In this document: piece by piece, positions 13,941-18,999 of the stretch
Position numbering within the stretch: position 1 is the stretch's first letter
Layout of the letters: every line of letters starts with the position of its first letter
NCBI GenBank assembly: GCA_038208905.1
Contig: JBBQYG010000063.1
Location: 1-18,999 of the forward strand
DNA length: 18,999 nt
Direction of reading: 5' to 3'
Source: Candidatus Sumerlaeia bacterium
GTDB lineage: Bacteria; Sumerlaeota; Sumerlaeia; SLMS01
Translations under genes and position numbers: made by a program
The notes under the pieces: model-generated
What the model was told of the DNA's origin: nothing
Databases searched by the model: none
Seen by the model: only the letters and a program-made list of their open reading frames with translations

Positions 13941-14588
13941 ATGAGCTTTACTCCCCCAAATTCAACCCCATCCGGGAATGCGCCCACTCAAGCCGCGAAA
14001 GGCGTCGGCGGAAGGCGGGTCACCATCATTGCGTTTCTGATCCTGATGGGTATCGCGATCTTTACGTACTTCGTGGTTCCCATGCTTGTGACGCCCTACC
14101 TGCGGGCTCGCCCGGCGGAGCTTCAGGCTTCCTTCGGGGTGATCGAGGCGGCCCTCCGCGCCTACCACGCCGACCACGGTGTGTTTCCACCGCGCGAGCA
14201 AATGCTCAATCACAGGCGCCCCAACAAGAACCTGACCACATCGAGGGCATATGGCATCAACGCCTATCGCCTCGCCTCGCTCACAACACCGGTGGCCTAT
14301 CTGGATCCCAACAAGGGCCCCGACCCATATGCCATGCCCGAGCAGTTCGCGCCTCCGGGATATGCCACGGGACTGCTCGATTCAGATAGCGTCGCCTACG
14401 CGCTCCTCTTCTCGCCCGGGCCCAACCTTCGGTACGACATTCGGAACATCGAGATTGAGGATCTGACCTCCCTCGCCGCCATCGAGGACGCGGTCGCGCG
14501 AAGAACCTACGACCCCACCAACGGCGCACGGAGCGGGGGCGATTTGCCGCGGCTCGTGATAATTCCCTTGCAGACCGCCCGCCCCTAG
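13941..14588 (+). CDS. GspG/pseudopilin-like single-pass membrane protein with degenerate prepilin site
   Basis: One N-terminal TM helix, then ALRAYHADHGVFP, LTTPVAYL, DPY, SPGPN and YDPTNGARSGGD, as in GspG-like pilin paralogs. Start placed at ATG 13941; the ORF track extends to 13872. Confidence 0.82.
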   Translation: MSFTPPNSTPSGNAPTQAAKGVGGRRVTIIAFLILMGIAIFTYFVVPMLVTPYLRARPAELQASFGVIEAALRAYHADHGVFPPREQMLNHRRPNKNLTTSRAYGINAYRLASLTTPVAYLDPNKGPDPYAMPEQFAPPGYATGLLDSDSVAYALLFSPGPNLRYDIRNIEIEDLTSLAAIEDAVARRTYDPTNGARSGGDLPRLVIIPLQTARP

Positions 14589-14722
14589 CTCTTGATTCCG
14601 CTTGTCCGTGACGCCCCATGGCGTCGGGAGTTTTGCTCACGCAAAAATTCGGACTTTCGTGCGCCGGTGGCCTGCCCGGCCGGCAATCCTGAGCAGCTTT
14701 TCAGCTGCCCCGCCGCACAGTC

Positions 14723-14748
14723 GGGGCGACCACTTCGGTGGTCGCCCC
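14723..14748 (+). other. Perfect GC-rich hairpin with C(UUCG)G tetraloop (terminator or structured-RNA element)
   Basis: GGGGCGACCAC-TTCG-GTGGTCGCCCC forms an 11-bp perfect stem with a canonical cUUCGg loop. There is no immediate U-tract. Confidence 0.6.
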
Positions 14749-15068
14749 CCCTCCCATTTAAGGGCCCCTTTTCCACGTATATACATCTATACATTGGGCC
14801 CCGCCCTTCGCCCGGGTTCCAACGGGGCACGCGATCCCGGAGGCCAGACCTCTGATTCTTCGATTCTTCCAAGAATCATTCGGGCAATCCGACGCTCCAA
14901 GGGCCGATTCGATTTGCCCCCTTCGCCAAAGGAATTGCACGGTTTTTTCGAAAGTCGGAGGCGCACAGCCCCGCCCTCTTCCCGCCTCGGCGCCGGTGTC
15001 CGGAGCCGTCCAAGTACCCCCGGATCAGCAGCCGAGCGGAGCGAAAAATCCTCCAAGGGTTAGCCCCC

Positions 15069-16649
15069 ATGCTCCAACTCACCAAGTACGGGATCAACGT
15101 CCCGAACGTGTATCATAACTGTTCCGTCGCAAAGCTCTACCAGCTCGGCCTTCGGGTCCCCGGCAACTACATCGCCAGCAGCGGCGCCTTGATCGCCTAC
15201 TCGGGAGAGAAGACAGGCCGCAGCCCCAAGGACAAGCGCGTCGTCGAGGAGGAGACCAGCAAGGACAACATCTGGTGGGGGACCGTGAACATCCCCATTC
15301 CGGAGGACAGCTTTCAGATCCTCCGCGACGAGGCAATCTACTCCCTCAACTCCCGCCGCCAGCATGTCTATGTGGTCGATGGATTCGCCGGGTGGGATTC
15401 GAAGTACCGCATCAAGGTCCGCGTGATCTGCGGGCGCGCGTACCATGCGCTCTTCATGCACAACATGCTCATTCGCCCCACGCCCGATGAACTGGCCAAC
15501 TTTGGCGAGCCGGATTGGGTGATCTACAACGCGGGCCAGATCCGCGTCAGCCCGCACATCAAGGGCCTCTCCAGCCCCACCTCCATCGACATCGATTTCA
15601 AGACGCGCGAGATGGTGATCCTTGGCAGCGAGTACGCCGGAGAAATGAAGAAGGGCGTCTTCACCGTCCTTCACTACATCCTCCCGCTGCAGGGCGTGCT
15701 CAGCATGCACTGCTCCGCCAACGAAGGACCCAAGGGCGATACCGCGCTCTTCTTCGGCCTCAGCGGCACGGGCAAGACGACGCTCTCCGCCGATCCCAAG
15801 CGGTCGCTCATTGGCGACGACGAGCACGGTTGGTCCGACGACGGAATCTTCAACTTCGAGGGCGGTTGCTACGCCAAGTGCGTGAACCTCTCCGCGGAGA
15901 AGGAGCCCGAAATCTTCGGCGCGATTCGCTTCGGCAGCGTGTTGGAGAACGTCGTCTTCGATCCCGAGACCTACGAGGTGAAGTACGAGGACGTCTCTAT
16001 CACCGAAAACACCCGGTGCAGCTATCCCATCGAGTACATCCCCAACGCCAAGGTTCCCTGCGTCGGCGGGCATCCCAAGAACGTCATCTTCCTGACGTGC
16101 GATGCCTTTGGAGTTCTACCCCCGGTTTCGCGCCTGACCACGGGCCAGGCCATGTATCACTTCATCAGCGGATATACAGCCAAGGTGGCTGGCACCGAAA
16201 TGGGCGTGAGCGCGCCACAGGAGACTTTCTCCGCGTGCTTCGGGGCCGCCTTCCTTGTCTGGCACCCCACCAAGTACGCCGACTTGCTGAAGGAAAAGCT
16301 GGAGAAGCACGGCTCCACGGTCTGGCTCGTGAACACCGGATGGACCGGTGGCGGCCCGGGCGCAGGCAAGCGCTTCGAGCTCAAGTACACGCGCGCCGTG
16401 ATCGACGCGATTCTCGACGGCACGCTGGACAAGGGCGCCTTCGAGGAGGACGACGTCTTTGGTCTCCACATTCCCAAGGCCGTCCTCAACGTCCCGGCGG
16501 AAGTGCTCCGCCCGCGCAACACCTGGAAGGACAAGGAGTCATACGACGCGGCGGCAAAGAATCTCTCGCGACTCTTCCACGAGAATTTCAAGAAGTACGC
16601 TGACAAGGCGTCGGCGGAATTGCTCGCGGGGGCGCCCAAGGGCGTTTGA
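15069..16649 (+). CDS. pckA: Phosphoenolpyruvate carboxykinase (ATP)
   Basis: TGRSPKDK, YAGEMKK, SMHCSAN, P-loop FFGLSGTGKTTLS, IGDDEHGW, FNFEGGCYAK, TENTR, GYTAKVAGTE and WLVNTGW motifs. Strongly biased codon usage. Confidence 0.98.
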   Translation: MLQLTKYGINVPNVYHNCSVAKLYQLGLRVPGNYIASSGALIAYSGEKTGRSPKDKRVVEEETSKDNIWWGTVNIPIPEDSFQILRDEAIYSLNSRRQHVYVVDGFAGWDSKYRIKVRVICGRAYHALFMHNMLIRPTPDELANFGEPDWVIYNAGQIRVSPHIKGLSSPTSIDIDFKTREMVILGSEYAGEMKKGVFTVLHYILPLQGVLSMHCSANEGPKGDTALFFGLSGTGKTTLSADPKRSLIGDDEHGWSDDGIFNFEGGCYAKCVNLSAEKEPEIFGAIRFGSVLENVVFDPETYEVKYEDVSITENTRCSYPIEYIPNAKVPCVGGHPKNVIFLTCDAFGVLPPVSRLTTGQAMYHFISGYTAKVAGTEMGVSAPQETFSACFGAAFLVWHPTKYADLLKEKLEKHGSTVWLVNTGWTGGGPGAGKRFELKYTRAVIDAILDGTLDKGAFEEDDVFGLHIPKAVLNVPAEVLRPRNTWKDKESYDAAAKNLSRLFHENFKKYADKASAELLAGAPKGV

Positions 16650-16686
16650 TCCCGCCAAACCGGGCACCGAATGAATGGGTCCATAA

Positions 16687-16730
16687 AAAGCCTCCCCTCT
16701 CGCCTTGTGTCCCGGGCGGGAGGGGGCTTT
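16687..16730 (+). terminator. Probable intrinsic terminator after pckA
   Basis: Imperfect stem AAAGCC..CCCTCTCGCC / GGCGGGAGGG.GGCTTT followed by a pyrimidine-rich tract. Confidence 0.55.
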
Positions 16731-16771
16731 CCTCTTCAGACGAATCTCAATTTCAAGGACGTCCCCTCCGC

Positions 16772-18850
16772 ATGAACCTTCGCCATCTCGCCGCCATTGC
16801 ACTCTCCTTCGCCTGTCTCGGGCTGGGCGCATGTACCAGAACGATGGCGGATCGCACTGTCGCGGGCCAGACCAAGTACACACTCGGAGGCGGTATGATC
16901 TCGAAAGTCCCCCTGATTCCGCGCGACGTGCTGTTTGGCAACCCCGACCGCGCCGCCGTCCGTTTGAGCAACGATGGCCGCTACATCAGCTTCCTCTCTC
17001 CCGTCGAGGGCGTAATGAACGTTTGGGTCGCGCCCGCGGATAGCCCGGACAAGGCCGAGCCCGTGACCTTTGACAAGGGGCGCGGCATCCGATCCTACTT
17101 CTGGGCATACAACAACACGCACCTACTCTATACTCAGGACAAGGACGGCGACGAGAACTGGCGCGTCTATACGGTTGAGGTGGCCACAAAGACAGTTGCA
17201 GACCTTACGCCGCAGACAGGCGTCCGCGCCGAGATCGAATCGGTGAGCGCCGACTTTCCGAACGAAATCCTGATCGGACTGAACGACCGCAACGAGCAGT
17301 TCCACGACATCTACCGCCTGAACATCATCAACGGACAGAAGGAGCTGGTGCTCCAGAACGACGAGTACGCGGGCTTTGTGACAGACGACGCGTACCAAGT
17401 GCGCTTCGCGTCGAAATACGCCGACGACGGCTCGTTCGTTTACTACGCCCCCGATGGATCAGGCGGTTGGAAGGAGTTCATGAAAGTCGCCTCCGAGGAT
17501 ACGTTCAACACCTACTTCGCCGGCTTCGACAAGAGCGGCAAAATCGCCTACTTCGGCGACAGCCGAGGGCGGAACACCAGCGCGCTGACGACGCTCGATC
17601 TTGAGACGGGCGAGCAGAAAGTCCTCGCGGAGGACCCGCTGGCGGACCTGAGCGGCACAATGAGCCATCCCACCGAGAAGACCATCGAGGCCGTCAGCTT
17701 CGACTATGACCGGCGTCGCTTCACGATTCTCGACGAGCGCATCCGCCCCGACATCGAGGCGCTGGAAAAGCTTGCCGACGGCGAGCTGGTTCTTACCAGC
17801 CGCACGCTGGACGACACCCGGTGGGTGGCGGCTTTCCTGCGCGACACGGGCCCGACGGAGTACTATCTGTGGGATCGCACGGAGCAGAAGGCCACGTATC
17901 TTTTCAGCAATCGCAAGGCGCTGGAGGGACTCCCCCTCGCGCCGATGAAGCCCGTGATCATTCCCGCGCGCGACGGCCTGGCGCTGGTCTCCTACCTTAC
18001 GATTCCCGTGCACGTGCCGCTGAATGCCGATGGCATGCCGACGCGCGCAGTGCCACTTGTGCTCAACGTGCATGGCGGGCCATGGGCGCGCGATTCGTGG
18101 GGCTATGACGCCGAGCATCAGCTCCTCGCCAATCGTGGCTATGCGGTGCTTGCGGTGAACTTCCGCGGGTCCACGGGGCTCGGCAAGAATTTCACCAACG
18201 CGGGAAACGGCGAGTGGGCGGCCAAGATGCACGACGACTTGATCGACGCCGTGACATGGGCCATCGGGCGCGGCATCGCCGATCCGGAGCGCATCGCCAT
18301 CATGGGCGGCAGCTATGGCGGCTATGCCACGCTGGTCGGCCTGACATACACGCCCGAGGTGTTTGCCTGCGGTGTCGATATCGTGGGGCCGTCGAACCTG
18401 ATCACTCTGCTGAATTCAATCCCGCCGTATTGGGCTCCCGCGCTGGAGATGTTCAAGCGCCGCCTGGGCGACCACACCACAGAGGAGGGCCGCAAGTTCC
18501 TCGAATCGCGGTCGCCCCTCAACTTTGTGGATCGCATCAGCAAGCCGCTCCTCATCGCGCAGGGCGCAAACGACCCGCGCGTGAAGCAGGCAGAGGCCGA
18601 CCAGATCGTGAAGGCCATGCAGGATAGGAACATCCCCGTGACCTATGTCCTGTATCCCAACGAGGGCCACGGCTTCGCACGCCCGGAGAACAACAAGTCC
18701 TTCATGGCAGTGACCGAGGCGTTTCTCGCTCAGCACCTCGGTGGTCGCTACGAGCCGATTGGGAAGGACTTCGAGGGCTCGTCCATCACCGTGCCCGCTG
18801 GTGCGGATGGCGTGCCAGGACTGAGCGCGGCGCTGCAGATGACGCCGTGA
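16772..18850 (+). CDS. S9 family serine peptidase (dipeptidyl aminopeptidase/acylaminoacyl peptidase type), predicted lipoprotein
   Basis: VHGGPWARD, NFRGSTG, nucleophile GGSYGG, Asp in GANDPRV and His in EGHGF, with an N-terminal propeller region. ATG 16772 gives the signal MNLRHLAAIALSFACLGLGA-C (lipobox). The ORF track's start at 16646 would span the terminator. Confidence 0.93.
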   Translation: MNLRHLAAIALSFACLGLGACTRTMADRTVAGQTKYTLGGGMISKVPLIPRDVLFGNPDRAAVRLSNDGRYISFLSPVEGVMNVWVAPADSPDKAEPVTFDKGRGIRSYFWAYNNTHLLYTQDKDGDENWRVYTVEVATKTVADLTPQTGVRAEIESVSADFPNEILIGLNDRNEQFHDIYRLNIINGQKELVLQNDEYAGFVTDDAYQVRFASKYADDGSFVYYAPDGSGGWKEFMKVASEDTFNTYFAGFDKSGKIAYFGDSRGRNTSALTTLDLETGEQKVLAEDPLADLSGTMSHPTEKTIEAVSFDYDRRRFTILDERIRPDIEALEKLADGELVLTSRTLDDTRWVAAFLRDTGPTEYYLWDRTEQKATYLFSNRKALEGLPLAPMKPVIIPARDGLALVSYLTIPVHVPLNADGMPTRAVPLVLNVHGGPWARDSWGYDAEHQLLANRGYAVLAVNFRGSTGLGKNFTNAGNGEWAAKMHDDLIDAVTWAIGRGIADPERIAIMGGSYGGYATLVGLTYTPEVFACGVDIVGPSNLITLLNSIPPYWAPALEMFKRRLGDHTTEEGRKFLESRSPLNFVDRISKPLLIAQGANDPRVKQAEADQIVKAMQDRNIPVTYVLYPNEGHGFARPENNKSFMAVTEAFLAQHLGGRYEPIGKDFEGSSITVPAGADGVPGLSAALQMTP

Positions 18851-18858
18851 CACGACAG

Positions 18859-18999
18859 CTACGGAACCGACGGCCAACGGACAGTAGCGATCAGGGAGTC
18901 TTCCTCGCACCGCCACGCGTGCGGCTCCGCGCCATCCCAGAGCGCGTAGTCGCCCTCGCGCGCGAGGACAACTTCCTTGCCGGAGAATTCAAGCACGAA
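18859..18999 (-). CDS. 3' end of a cupin-domain protein (partial; starts beyond the window)
   Basis: Not in the ORF track. The minus strand reads FVLEFSGKEVVLAREGDYALWDGAEPHAWRCEEDSLIATVRWPSVP-stop (TAG at 18861-18859), with a cupin motif-2-like GDYxxW..xxH pattern. Confidence 0.75.
   Translation of the reverse strand, partial: FVLEFSGKEVVLAREGDYALWDGAEPHAWRCEEDSLIATVRWPSVP

Noticed and set aside
14585-15097. Short ORFs on both strands in the intergenic region before pckA
   Set aside because: Low-complexity Pro/Arg/Ser translations with no coding-like codon pattern, overlapping hairpins and operator-like repeats.
15515-16603. 362-aa alternative-frame ORF inside pckA
   Set aside because: Arg/Gly/Pro-rich off-frame translation typical of GC-rich genes.
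16646-16771. N-terminal extension of the S9 peptidase given by the ORF track
   Set aside because: It overlaps a terminator-like hairpin and would bury the lipoprotein signal. ATG 16772 fits better.

Overview
GC-rich bacterial DNA. Protein signatures (GspG-like LTTPVAYL/YDPTNG..SGGD motifs, a C-terminal SVxxWxLF tail, a lineage-typical C-terminal beta domain) suggest Candidatus Sumerlaeota/BRC1 or a related phylum; this is an inference from recalled motifs, not a search result. The left 11.8 kb is a tightly packed + strand three-gene cluster for exported proteins. It contains (1) a 5'-truncated Lys-rich protein of the type usually associated with matrixin proteases, (2) a ~2,800-aa acidic, Ca-binding surface protein, and (3) a subtilase-like (S8) protein with altered catalytic motifs. 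Protein 2 has a matrixin-like domain lacking all Zn-binding and catalytic residues, a lamin-tail-like insert, six TSP3 repeats, ~14 FG-GAP blades, an EF-hand loop, an IPT/TIG domain and a W-x-L-F tail. A bidirectional terminator closes the cluster. The right part is mostly housekeeping: an orphan MalK/UgpC-type ABC ATPase, a small 4-TM protein, a pseudopilin-like protein lacking the prepilin cleavage site, a hairpin-rich intergenic region, ATP-dependent PEP carboxykinase (pckA), an S9 peptidase lipoprotein and the 3' end of a cupin gene. The most interesting signal is the candidate surface system built from disarmed or altered protease scaffolds.
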